Assembly: GCA_964570495.1 (NCBI GenBank) | Contig: CAZMYN010000001.1 | Coordinates: 1 to 53,480 of the forward strand | Direction: 5' to 3' | Source: an uncultured Acidimicrobiales bacterium | Lineage (GTDB): Bacteria > Actinomycetota > Acidimicrobiia > Acidimicrobiales > SHLQ01 | Length of the DNA: 53,480 bases | Part shown: positions 26,539 through 35,990 of the stretch, piece by piece | Layout: each line of letters starts with the position of its first letter | Position numbering within the stretch: position 1 is the stretch's first letter | Position numbers and translations under genes: made by a program | Notes under the pieces: model-generated | Told to the model about the DNA's origin: nothing | The model's input: the letters and a program-made list of their open reading frames with translations, nothing else | Database searches by the model: none

Positions 26539-29500
26539 CTACTCCTCGTCTGGCGCGTCTTGCTCGGGTGGCGGCTCTTCTTCAGGTGGTGGCTCTTCTT
26601 CTGGTGGTTCCACTTCTTCGCCGAACGCGGGAACAACAATGTCCTCGCGATAGACGTCGTTACCGTTGGCATCGGTCACGAGAACTACCGCTCGGAACTC
26701 CCCACCTTCCTCGTACCGGACAAGCGGCCCGGCGGGGTCGTCGATGATGACCTCGTGTCTTCCCGCAAAGCGCCACTCATATTCGGCATCGGGTCTCGCT
26801 GTCGACGTGTTGGTGAACCGGACGTCGCCGGGTCGTACGACTCTCCAGGTGAAGGCTGCTTCGGTCACGAACCCCGTCGCGTCGAAGGAAATCGGGTCGG
26901 TGTCGAGCCCGAATAGATTCGAGGCGACAACCCTGCCCGAATACTCGCCGTTTGTTGGGACACGGAAGACCGGCGTCGGGGTGTTGCCGCCCGATACCAA
27001 CTCGCCACCCTCGACGGACCATTCCCAACTCGTCGGGTCACGACTGAATGTCGCCTCAAGTTGGACGAGGCCACCGTCGAGCGAAGTCGCGGCGACACTA
27101 CTCACCCGAGGTGCAAGACCGTCCGCAACTCGGGGACCGCTGATGGTCACCCTGTCTGTTTCACCGGTGGCGCTCGTAACCAACAGTGTTACGTCATAGC
27201 GACCGGCGCTCGGGAACGTAAGCACGGTCGTGGCCTGGTTTCGAGTCGAGTTAGCAATCGCGTCGGCGGCAGTCCACCTAAAGCTGACAGCGCGCGCTGA
27301 CGTCGCACCTGAGCATTCGAGCGTCGGGCCATTCGCCTCGCAGACAATGCGGGCGATCGGCGGGCGAGCCAAGACGACTTCCTGAGTAGTGGGTGACGAC
27401 GTACCAACCTCGTTTGCCACCACCAAGGTCACGTCGAAGGAACCCGCCGCAAACGTGTGCGTTGGGCTTCGTTCGTTGGACGTGTTGCCGTCGCCAAAGT
27501 CCCACATCCACTGTTGTGGGTCGTCCCATGAGGTGTCGGTGAACTCTATGGTCGTACCGTCAACCGACTCCCACCGGAAGTTGGCGCTCGGCGCTGGCTT
27601 GACGACGACCTGGCGTTCCGCGCTCGATGATCCACCCTCGTTCATGGCGTTCAACCGCACGGTGTATGTCCCGGGCGTGGCCCACTGATGCGAAGGGTTT
27701 GGATTGTTCGAAACTTCACCGTCACCGAAGTCCCAGGCCCACACCGTCGGCGAATTCGTCGAGGTGCTCTCGAAGGAGACTGGCGTATTGGGAGCAACCA
27801 CTGTCGCGCTGGTAGTAAAGCTCGCCACGGGTGCATCGACCGGCTGAATTACCCGAATCGTCACGCCGGTCCGGTTGGTGCCGGCGTCGTTGGTTGCCCG
27901 GAGCGTGACCCGGTAGTTGCCCGGTGCCGACCAACTCTTGGTAGTCGTGTCGCCGTTCGCGAACGTTTCGTCGTCGAAGTCCCAGGTAAGGCGTGTCGGC
28001 TCGTTCAGCGACAGGTTGGTGAACGTCACAACCTCGCCAACCTCGACTTCTGTCGCCGACTGAGTGAACTGCGAAACCGGTGGATCCACACGCTGTGCAA
28101 CCCTCACATCCACGATGGCGCTGTCGCTGCCCTCGGAGTTCTCGACGGTGAGACGGACTCGATAGGTACCAGGGTTCTCCCAGGCGTGTTGGACCGACGC
28201 ACCGGACAAGGTCGTGCCGTCGTCGAGATCCCAGGTGAAGCGTGTTGGCTCGTTGAGCGATGTGCTCCCGAGTGTCACGAACTGTCCGTTGACAATGTTT
28301 CTTTGCAGCGGCGCAATCGCTGCTATGGGTGGGTCGACTGCGGTGAGAACGGTGATCTCGGTCGAGTTCGACGAGGACCCCGCAGCATTCGACACGGTGA
28401 GCGTGACGGTATAGACGCCAGCTTCAGCAAACGTGTGGGAGGTGGTTTCTCCAACGCCCGACTCGCCATCACCGAAGTTCCATTCGAGGACGTCGACGTC
28501 GCCGGTGCTCCGATTCGCAAAGGACACTCGCTCGCCCTCCTCGACAATCCCTCGATCGAACGTGAAGTCGGCTGCTGGCGGGAGGAGCACCTCGGCGGGC
28601 ACGACCGATACCTCGACTCCGGTGGAAGATTGATCGCCCTGCGCGTTGGTGACGATGAGCGAGACAATGTAGGTGCCTGGTGTGGTCCAGCTTTTCTCGA
28701 CATTCGGTTCCTGAGCGCCCGTGCCGTCGCCGAAGTCCCATGTCCACGAGATGGGAGCGCCCTCGCTCGAGTCGTTGAATCGCACGATTTCGTCGACGGT
28801 CGCTGAGGCTGAAGACAAACTGAAGTTCGCAGCCAGGTTCGGCGCTGCTTCCTCAACCTCTCCCGCCACTTCAGTTTCTGGTTCGGGTTCGGGTTCGGAC
28901 TCCGGTTCTGGTTCTGGTTCGGGTTCGGGTTCGAGAAGTCGATCGGCTGCGATCCCTACGGCTTGGGGCTCGTCGAACTCGATGGGTTCGACAATTCCGA
29001 ACAAGTCGCTGATCTCTTGACCAGTGCGCGTGCCCGTGTCTGCTTGCGGTGCATCGGAGCCGCTCGCGAGCACCTCTTCGCCGGTGTCACCAAGGATGCG
29101 CAAGCCACCACCGGAGACCGGGCCGCCCGTAATCGCGCTGCCATCGCCCGGCTCGGCAATCTCCGACGCCCCAGCGACGATGACGTCGCTCTTTGAGACC
29201 GGTCTAATCGACTCTGCGTCGACAATCGCCGCGAACGGCCCTTGGGGTTCGTTCGCCCAGACGGTGCTGCCGACAACTTCAAGTTCGAAAGGTTGTCCTC
29301 CCGACGCAAAAGGGTAGGTGGTGAGCACCTCTTCGGCTTCGAGGTCGACCACAGTAATTCGACCCGTCGACCAGTTCGGAAGATAGGCCATGCCGTCAAC
29401 TGCCAGCGGTGCCCCAAACTCCTCGCCGGCTACACCTACCTCGAGCTCGACCTCGAAATCGGTGCACCCTGCGCCGGGGGTACTGAGGGACATTCTCGAG

Positions 29501-30342
29501 CCAGTCGGGTTGAACGCCAGGATTACCGGCTCATCGCGCGGCCCGCTACCTCCGACGACGGCACCAGCGGCGGCGCTCGTCATGCAGGACGGAAGGCCGA
29601 GGGAGCCATCGACCTGAACCTCCGCGACCGACAAGCGACTGGGATCAACGAGATAGGTGCCTGAACCCGCTCGCACGAGCGACCGGTCGCTCGACCCACT
29701 GACCGGGTCCGCGATCTCGACGAGGGTGTCGAGGCCCTGGGGCCCAAGGAGGAGGATCTCGTCTGCGGCCGCCGATAGCGCGAGCAATTCTCCGGTCTCG
29801 GCTTGGGCTGTTGAAAGGAGTGGATCGGGAAGCGCGATTGGGGTGAGCGCTTGCGACTGGGGGTCGAGGCTGATCAGTTCATCTGGAGAAAGCAGCACGA
29901 CGTTTCCGGAAGGTTCGCGCGCTCCAAAAATCGTGCGTTCGATCTCCTCTTCGAACTCACCAAACCCATCTTCCTCACCGTCATCTCGTACGTCCTCGAT
30001 CACCACGTTGTCCTCGACCGAGAGCATCGTTCCGCTGACGAGCGAGACCGAATGGGTGTCGTTGTTCACCACCGCAGCACCAGCGCCGTGGCGAACAGCG
30101 ATGAACGGCTCGCCCGGTTGTGCCACTTCGATGCGCGCCGTGACTTCCCCGGTCGTTGCATTTACTTGCAGCAATTCACCCTCAAGGCCATGCTCAACCC
30201 ATGCAAACGGATCCCCGAGATCGACTCCCGCACTGTCCTGATCACCGGGACGGAAAACAATAAAAACCCCGAGCGCGACAAGGAGAAAGGCCGAAAGCGC
30301 TATGAGCGCGCGGCGTCTCGATCGTCCCGTCACAAACTCCAC
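26539..30342 (-). CDS. large membrane-anchored surface protein with multiple PKD-like domains
   Basis: 1267 aa. The N-terminal anchor is RRRALIALSAFLLVALGVFIVF. A ~450-aa globular region and an (EP)n linker (EPEPEPEPEPESEPEPEPE) follow. At least 6 repeats carry the PKD hallmark (WTWDFGDGTG, WNFGDGESG, TWDLDDGTT, TWDFDDETF, WAWDFGDGEV, WMWDFGDGNT). The tail is acidic and Pro/Glu-rich. Confidence 0.85.
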   Translation of the reverse strand: MEFVTGRSRRRALIALSAFLLVALGVFIVFRPGDQDSAGVDLGDPFAWVEHGLEGELLQVNATTGEVTARIEVAQPGEPFIAVRHGAGAAVVNNDTHSVSLVSGTMLSVEDNVVIEDVRDDGEEDGFGEFEEEIERTIFGAREPSGNVVLLSPDELISLDPQSQALTPIALPDPLLSTAQAETGELLALSAAADEILLLGPQGLDTLVEIADPVSGSSDRSLVRAGSGTYLVDPSRLSVAEVQVDGSLGLPSCMTSAAAGAVVGGSGPRDEPVILAFNPTGSRMSLSTPGAGCTDFEVELEVGVAGEEFGAPLAVDGMAYLPNWSTGRITVVDLEAEEVLTTYPFASGGQPFELEVVGSTVWANEPQGPFAAIVDAESIRPVSKSDVIVAGASEIAEPGDGSAITGGPVSGGGLRILGDTGEEVLASGSDAPQADTGTRTGQEISDLFGIVEPIEFDEPQAVGIAADRLLEPEPEPEPEPESEPEPEPETEVAGEVEEAAPNLAANFSLSSASATVDEIVRFNDSSEGAPISWTWDFGDGTGAQEPNVEKSWTTPGTYIVSLIVTNAQGDQSSTGVEVSVVPAEVLLPPAADFTFDRGIVEEGERVSFANRSTGDVDVLEWNFGDGESGVGETTSHTFAEAGVYTVTLTVSNAAGSSSNSTEITVLTAVDPPIAAIAPLQRNIVNGQFVTLGSTSLNEPTRFTWDLDDGTTLSGASVQHAWENPGTYRVRLTVENSEGSDSAIVDVRVAQRVDPPVSQFTQSATEVEVGEVVTFTNLSLNEPTRLTWDFDDETFANGDTTTKSWSAPGNYRVTLRATNDAGTNRTGVTIRVIQPVDAPVASFTTSATVVAPNTPVSFESTSTNSPTVWAWDFGDGEVSNNPNPSHQWATPGTYTVRLNAMNEGGSSSAERQVVVKPAPSANFRWESVDGTTIEFTDTSWDDPQQWMWDFGDGNTSNERSPTHTFAAGSFDVTLVVANEVGTSSPTTQEVVLARPPIARIVCEANGPTLECSGATSARAVSFRWTAADAIANSTRNQATTVLTFPSAGRYDVTLLVTSATGETDRVTISGPRVADGLAPRVSSVAATSLDGGLVQLEATFSRDPTSWEWSVEGGELVSGGNTPTPVFRVPTNGEYSGRVVASNLFGLDTDPISFDATGFVTEAAFTWRVVRPGDVRFTNTSTARPDAEYEWRFAGRHEVIIDDPAGPLVRYEEGGEFRAVVLVTDANGNDVYREDIVVPAFGEEVEPPEEEPPPEEEPPPEQDAPDEE

Positions 30343-30492
30343 TGCCTCCAGTGCAACAGAACGTGAGTAATAGTTGCAACACAGCCACTTTTGGTGAGCT
30401 CTTTAGCCATGTTCCTCGTCTCGACAATCGGACGACCGACCCATGGCCACCGTAGACGCGAGTTCGCTCACTTTGCGCTCGGGGGCCACCTA

Positions 30493-31056
30493 CTATTCGC
30501 CACCGTCCGAGGCCTCGGCGTTCGCCAAACGCTCGAGCAGTTCATCGCGAACACTGCGGCCTGGTTCACGAGCCTTCGCACCCGCGATACGCCAGCCATG
30601 ACGGCTCGAGTAGAGCAGCGGGTCTTCACCGAGTCGTCCCTCGCCAAATGCCGTCACTCGGGTGAGGAACAGATCGTGGTCGAGGGTCGTGTCGAGCTGC
30701 TCGATCACCTCGCACTTCAGCCACGAGATGCAGTTGGCAACAACGGGAAGGCCGTCGATCTCGGTGAGGTACTCGGGCGCGATGTAGTTGAACTTTCGAC
30801 CGGGATAGGAGAAGTACTGACCAACATCGACCTGGTCACCTGCGAGATTCGACACGGTGAACCATCCCGACTCTTTGATCAGTGCGTGAGTGTCGTGCTT
30901 TGGCGAGATCGACGCGAGCATGATCGGCTCCTCGAACGACACCTGCATCACCCAATGCGAGCAATAGCCACGGGTGAGACCATCGTGCGTCGTCGCGACG
31001 ACCTGCACACCCTTCATCATCTGTCCCAAACTGCGCTTCAGATCACGATCCATCAC
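30493..31056 (-). CDS. flavin reductase-like (FMN-binding split-barrel) domain protein
   Basis: 187 aa. 'VQVVATTHDGLTRGYCSHWVMQVSFEEPIMLASISPKHDTHALIKESGWFTVSNLAGDQ' resembles the Flavin_Reduct domain pattern. Motif-level call only. Confidence 0.6.
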   Translation of the reverse strand: MMDRDLKRSLGQMMKGVQVVATTHDGLTRGYCSHWVMQVSFEEPIMLASISPKHDTHALIKESGWFTVSNLAGDQVDVGQYFSYPGRKFNYIAPEYLTEIDGLPVVANCISWLKCEVIEQLDTTLDHDLFLTRVTAFGEGRLGEDPLLYSSRHGWRIAGAKAREPGRSVRDELLERLANAEASDGGE

Positions 31057-31107
31057 AAAAACCTACCGCCCTCACGGGCAGCCACTTCAGCGCTTCGCAC
31101 AGCCTTC

Positions 31108-31339
31108 GGTGCCTGACACCTACTGACCCGTTAGGTACCTGGCACCAAAATCAGAATATTGAGGGGTTTTCGCGGTCCGGAGCGAAGCTGGGCCCTGATT
31201 TTTCAGGACTTAGGAGCCCAAAAGTGGCCTGGCACCGATTTTGGCTTTGTGGCGGGTAGCGCGGCGGGTTTTGCGTCCGCAACGCGAAGAATCGAAAAAC
31301 GGTGCCAGGCACCAAACGTCGGTGTAGGTGCCAGGCACC
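31108..31339. repeat. cluster of five family-2 palindromes (GGTGCCWGGCACC core)
   Basis: GGTGCCTGACACC 31108-31120 (degenerate); GGTACCTGGCACCAAAA 31134-31150; GTGGCCTGGCACC 31224-31236; GGTGCCAGGCACCAAA 31301-31316; GGTGCCAGGCACC 31327-31339. The last touches the lhr stop codon. The 31282-31313 stretch (CGCGAAGAATCGAAAAACGGTGCCAGGCACC) also parallels the reverse complement of 11971-11999. Confidence 0.8.
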
Positions 31340-34300
31340 TAGCGGGGGCGGCCGGATGGGTCGATGAAGGACAGGCCCTTGTATGCCTTGATGAATCCGT
31401 GGGTCAGTAGAACATCGGCGAGTGGTGAATCCGACGAGGGACCGCCATCGATCTTCGCGATCTCAAGAGTACGCACGATGCCCGAAGCCAGGAGCTCCTT
31501 AAGCGGCTCGACCCACAGGTCGTTCGAGTGAGCGATGGGGAAGCTGACGATCGACCTGGCCTTGCGCTCAACAAAGATTGCGGGCTCACCGCCGACGATG
31601 ATCACATGCGCGCCAGCGACCCGGGCTGGGCGACCCGCACTCTCGGGCCAGCGGAGCGAGGCGCCAAAGGGCTGAGCTGGATCGGTCGCCGCAAGGAGTA
31701 CGACTTCGGGTTCATCAAAGTCGTGAGATGCTCCGGCGACTGACCGGAGTCGATCGACCGCGCCTGGCTGGGCGAACTGGGCTGCCCCGAGGCCTTCAAC
31801 GAAATAGCCGCGGCGCACATCGCCGCGCTCTTCGAGTGCTTTCAGTACCGGGTAGACCCCAGCGAAGCCGCCGGTGATCCCTTCGCCGAGCGCGGCTTCA
31901 CGGGTGAGGACTCCGTAGCGCTCGACCAACTGCAAGGCCTGCGCGGTGGCCCTCTGAGTGCTGGAGGGTTCTGGGCTGAGCAGTGGGGCTACGAGCGACC
32001 AACGTCCTGCGGCTTGGGCGGGTCCGTTGGCTCGTACTTGTCCTAGCCGTGGGCGTCTCCGGGAACTGCGAGAGCGTTGAGAGGACTTCGCGCCGACGAA
32101 CGCACGCACCGGCGCCAGCGAATCGTTCGTGACTTCGCCCGCCCACACCAGGTCCCAGAGCGCAGCCAGAATTGCTTTGTCGGTGTACCCGACTTCGTGC
32201 GCGTTCGCGGCGGCCACAAGATCGAACCAGAACGACGCTCCACTCGCCGACAGATGCGAGCGCAGCAGGTCGTGCAATGGCTCGTCGGGAGGTTCGGTCG
32301 GCGGTGCGACGAGCAAGCCGACCTGATCACGAAACGCCAGGCGTAGCCGTCCGTCTTTTGAGCCAATGGCGCCAGCGCCGACCCACACCACTTCGCCGGA
32401 CGTGCAGAGCGCGTCGAGGTCGCTCGGCTGATAGTTCGCCATTCGTGCAGGTAGTACCGAGCGTTCGAGAACCGATGCCGGGATCGCCGCTCCTTGCAAG
32501 ACGCCAATGACGTCGGCCAATCCGTCGGACCCGCGTCGTGGAACTCCGACGCCTTGCCATGAAGGCAGGAAGCGGGCGAGTGCGGTTGCTTCGACGGGTG
32601 CGACCTCGGCGCGCAGCGCCGCGAGCGACCGGCGACGCAACTGGCGCAGAACTCCGTCATCGACCCACTCGCGAGTCGATCCGTCAGGTCGAAACTCACC
32701 ACGCACCAATCGACCGTTCGACGCAAGCCGATCGAGCACCGTGCCCGCCCGTTCGACAGCAATGCCGTAGCGGCCAGCGAACTGCTCGGTCACGAACGGC
32801 CCGTGCGTTCGGGCAAATCGGATAGCGATGTCCCCCACAGGGTCCTCGACGCTGTCGGTATAGGCAGCGGGCAGCCCCATCGGGACCGAAACGCCGATCG
32901 CGTCACGTAGTCGTCCGGCATCTTCGGCAGCTGCGAATCGGCGGTCACCCGCAATGCCGACTTCGACAACCCGTAGATCCGATGTCAGTTGTTCGAGCAC
33001 GGCAGCGACGTCGACGTCGTCTGTCACTCGGGCCTCCAGCTCGTGTCGGTCGAGCGGACCGAGCACCCGCAAGAGGTCGTGCAACTCGTCGCCGTCGCGC
33101 GCCTGACGACCCTCGACGAGCCGCTGGAGTTCGAGTTCGAGATCGGCGAGAACCCCAGGGTCGAGCAGTTCCCGGAGTTCCTCGGCACCGAGCAGATCCC
33201 GAAGCAGATCCCGATCGAGTGACAGGGCCGCGGCGCGCCGTTCAGCGAGGGGCGCGTCACCCTCGTACATGTACACCGCAATCCAACCAAAGAGCAGCGA
33301 CTGCGCAAACGGCGACGCTCGATTCGTTTCGACCGGAACCATGCGAATCGAGCGGTCGCTCAGGCCCTGAAGCACCTGGCGCAATGCGGGCACGTCGAAG
33401 ACATCGTTGAGGCACTCGCGGGTCGTTTCGAGCAGGATCGGAAAACTCGGATACTTGGCCGCGACCTTCAACAAATCGGCCGAGCGTTGACGTTGCTGCC
33501 ACAGCGGCGTTCGCTGACCGGGGCGCCGCCGCGGCAACAGCAGCGATCGGCCAGCACACTCACGGAAACGGCTCGCAAACAGAGCGCTCGACGGAAGCTC
33601 GGCGACAACCGCCTCCTCAATCTCATCGGGCCCAATCGTTAGATCGTCGAGCGACAGCTCGTCGGTCGACTCTGGTAGTCGCACCACAATGCCGTCGTCG
33701 GACCACATCATCTCGACGTCCATACCCCAGAGCTGAGACAGCTTGGCTCGCAACGCAATGCCCCACGGGGCATGAACCTGCGCGCCAAACGACGAGAGAA
33801 TGCACACCCGCCAGTCACCGATTTCATCGCGGAAACGTTCGACCACGATCGTGCGGTCGTCGGGAACAACCCCGGCCGCCTCGCGCTGATCGGCGATGTA
33901 GTGCAGGACGTTTCCCGCGGCGAGCTCGTCCAACCCGTGTTGCTCGACGAGCTTCTTGTTCGCCGCGGCGTCGCCGAGGTCTTGGACCTCGCGAATGAAC
34001 GCGCCGATGGCCTGTCCAAGCTCGATTGGACGACCCGGCCCATCACCGTGCCAAAAAGGCATCTTTCCGGGCTCACCGGGTGCGGGCGTAACCACAACCC
34101 GGTCAAAGGTGATGTCCTGTATTCGCCACGTCGACGCACCGAGCAAGAAGGTCTCGCCGGGGCGAGATTCATACACCATCTCTTCGTCGAGCTCGCCGAC
34201 GCGGGTCCCGTCGGGCAGGAATACCCCGTAGAGACCCCGATCGGGAATGGTGCCCGCGTTCGTCACGGCCAGCCGTTGAGCGCCCTTGCGCCCTCGCACC

Positions 34301-35874
34301 GAATTGGCGACACGGTCCCACACAATCCGCGGACGCAACTCTTTGAACTCTTCAGAGGGATAGCGCCCGCTCAGCAGATCGAGCACGTTCTCAAAAACAT
34401 CGTCGGACAGATCGGCGAAGTTTGCCGCGCCACGAACCGTCGCCATCATCTCGTCGAGATCCCAGTCGTCGAGCGCGGTCATCGCGACGATCTGTTGGGC
34501 GAGCACATCGAGCGGGTTTCGGGGGTAGCGAGTGCGCTCGATCTCGCCGCGCTGCATCCGATCGACCACCACCGCAGTTTCAAGCAGGTCGGAACGATGC
34601 TTCGGGAACACCTTGCCGATCGAGGTCGCTCCCACCTGGTGGCCAGCCCGCCCAACCCGCTGTAGGCCGCGACTCACCGCGCCCGGCGACTCGACCTGAA
34701 TCACCAAGTCGACCGCACCCATGTCAATACCGAGCTCCAGCGAACTCGTCGCCACGATCGCCCGGATCTTGCCCTGTTTGAGTTGATCCTCAATATCGAG
34801 CCGCTTCACCTTCGACAGCGAGCCATGGTGAGCAGCGATTCGGGCAGGTCCCTCGTCGCTGGCGTGAAAAACATCCCCGCGCTCCCAGAGTTCGTTGAGG
34901 CGTCCGGCGAGGCGCTCGGCGAGGCGGCGCGAGTTCACGAACACGATCGTCGACTTGTGCTGCTGGATCTGCTCGAGAATTCGCGTATCCACCGACGGCC
35001 AAATGCTTGATCGCTGCGGACCGGACTCCGACCCCGGTTCGGGCTCGGTCACCTGGCCAAGATCGGCCATGTCCTCAACGGGCACAATCACTTCAATGTC
35101 TATGTTGGCGGGTGCGCCCGCGTCGACGATCTCGACTGGTCTCCACGACGACCGGCCATCTTCGGCGATGTTGCGACCACCCAGAAAATGCGAGATCTCC
35201 TCGAGCGGCCGCTGAGTCGCCGACAATCCAATTCGCTGCACCGGCCGACCAACGAGATGTTCGAGTCGCTCCAACGTGACCGCAAGATGTGCGCCACGCT
35301 TGGTCGCGGCAACCGAGTGAATCTCGTCGATGATCACCGAGTCGACGTTGCGCAATGTCTCACGCGCTGCCGACGTGAGCATCAGATACAGCGACTCGGG
35401 AGTGGTGATCAGTAGGTCGGGCGGATTCCGGACCAGCTTTCTGCGCTCGTCGGCAGGCGTATCGCCCGTGCGCATCGCGACGGTCGGGATGTTCAGCTCT
35501 TCACCAATGCGTTCGGCTGCCAGCCCAATTCCACGCAACGGCGAGCGGAGGTTCTTCTCGACGTCCACCGCCAAGGCCCGCAATGGCGAGATATAGAGCA
35601 GTCGAGTCTTGGCCTTGGGGTCAGGCGGGGTCGACGTAAGAAGTCGGTCGATCCCCCACAAGAACGCCGCCAAGGTCTTTCCCGAACCTGTTGGAGACAA
35701 GATCAGCGTGCTCTTACCGGAAGCAATCTTCGGCCAGCCCAGGGCCTGCGGGGGCGTCGGTTCAACGAAAGAGGTCTCGAACCACGCGCGTACCGCCTCT
35801 GAAAAGGGCTCAAGTGCGAGATGGGACACACCGAAACCATAAGAGAGGACGATGCGCCCAACACCACCGCGCAC
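31339..35874 (-). CDS. lhr: Lhr-family ATP-dependent DNA helicase
   Basis: 1511 aa, the size of a large helicase-related protein. Motif I 'LSPTGSGKTLAAFLW', motif II 'IIDEIHSV', and 'GRAGH' in motif VI. A long C-terminal extension is typical of Lhr. Confidence 0.9.
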   Translation of the reverse strand: MRGGVGRIVLSYGFGVSHLALEPFSEAVRAWFETSFVEPTPPQALGWPKIASGKSTLILSPTGSGKTLAAFLWGIDRLLTSTPPDPKAKTRLLYISPLRALAVDVEKNLRSPLRGIGLAAERIGEELNIPTVAMRTGDTPADERRKLVRNPPDLLITTPESLYLMLTSAARETLRNVDSVIIDEIHSVAATKRGAHLAVTLERLEHLVGRPVQRIGLSATQRPLEEISHFLGGRNIAEDGRSSWRPVEIVDAGAPANIDIEVIVPVEDMADLGQVTEPEPGSESGPQRSSIWPSVDTRILEQIQQHKSTIVFVNSRRLAERLAGRLNELWERGDVFHASDEGPARIAAHHGSLSKVKRLDIEDQLKQGKIRAIVATSSLELGIDMGAVDLVIQVESPGAVSRGLQRVGRAGHQVGATSIGKVFPKHRSDLLETAVVVDRMQRGEIERTRYPRNPLDVLAQQIVAMTALDDWDLDEMMATVRGAANFADLSDDVFENVLDLLSGRYPSEEFKELRPRIVWDRVANSVRGRKGAQRLAVTNAGTIPDRGLYGVFLPDGTRVGELDEEMVYESRPGETFLLGASTWRIQDITFDRVVVTPAPGEPGKMPFWHGDGPGRPIELGQAIGAFIREVQDLGDAAANKKLVEQHGLDELAAGNVLHYIADQREAAGVVPDDRTIVVERFRDEIGDWRVCILSSFGAQVHAPWGIALRAKLSQLWGMDVEMMWSDDGIVVRLPESTDELSLDDLTIGPDEIEEAVVAELPSSALFASRFRECAGRSLLLPRRRPGQRTPLWQQRQRSADLLKVAAKYPSFPILLETTRECLNDVFDVPALRQVLQGLSDRSIRMVPVETNRASPFAQSLLFGWIAVYMYEGDAPLAERRAAALSLDRDLLRDLLGAEELRELLDPGVLADLELELQRLVEGRQARDGDELHDLLRVLGPLDRHELEARVTDDVDVAAVLEQLTSDLRVVEVGIAGDRRFAAAEDAGRLRDAIGVSVPMGLPAAYTDSVEDPVGDIAIRFARTHGPFVTEQFAGRYGIAVERAGTVLDRLASNGRLVRGEFRPDGSTREWVDDGVLRQLRRRSLAALRAEVAPVEATALARFLPSWQGVGVPRRGSDGLADVIGVLQGAAIPASVLERSVLPARMANYQPSDLDALCTSGEVVWVGAGAIGSKDGRLRLAFRDQVGLLVAPPTEPPDEPLHDLLRSHLSASGASFWFDLVAAANAHEVGYTDKAILAALWDLVWAGEVTNDSLAPVRAFVGAKSSQRSRSSRRRPRLGQVRANGPAQAAGRWSLVAPLLSPEPSSTQRATAQALQLVERYGVLTREAALGEGITGGFAGVYPVLKALEERGDVRRGYFVEGLGAAQFAQPGAVDRLRSVAGASHDFDEPEVVLLAATDPAQPFGASLRWPESAGRPARVAGAHVIIVGGEPAIFVERKARSIVSFPIAHSNDLWVEPLKELLASGIVRTLEIAKIDGGPSSDSPLADVLLTHGFIKAYKGLSFIDPSGRPR

Positions 35875-35990
35875 ACCAATCCAGAACAGCAGGGTTCCAA
35901 GCCCTTGGTTTCAGGTGTCAAACGTCCCTAGCGTCAAACAGGGTCCATTCGACCTACACAGTTTTGGGTGTTTCCGGCCGTTAGGGAACC

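Noticed and set aside
35875-35990. LexA SOS box or PafBC (RecA-NDp) motif upstream of lhr
   Set aside because: The only GAAC...GTTC pair (cagaacagcagggttcc) has 6-nt rather than 4-nt spacing and lacks the TCGAAC/GTTCGA flanks. No TGTCAGTG-N8-TAnnnT was seen. Two GTTTGAC direct repeats exist on the lhr-sense strand but have no matching -10 element.
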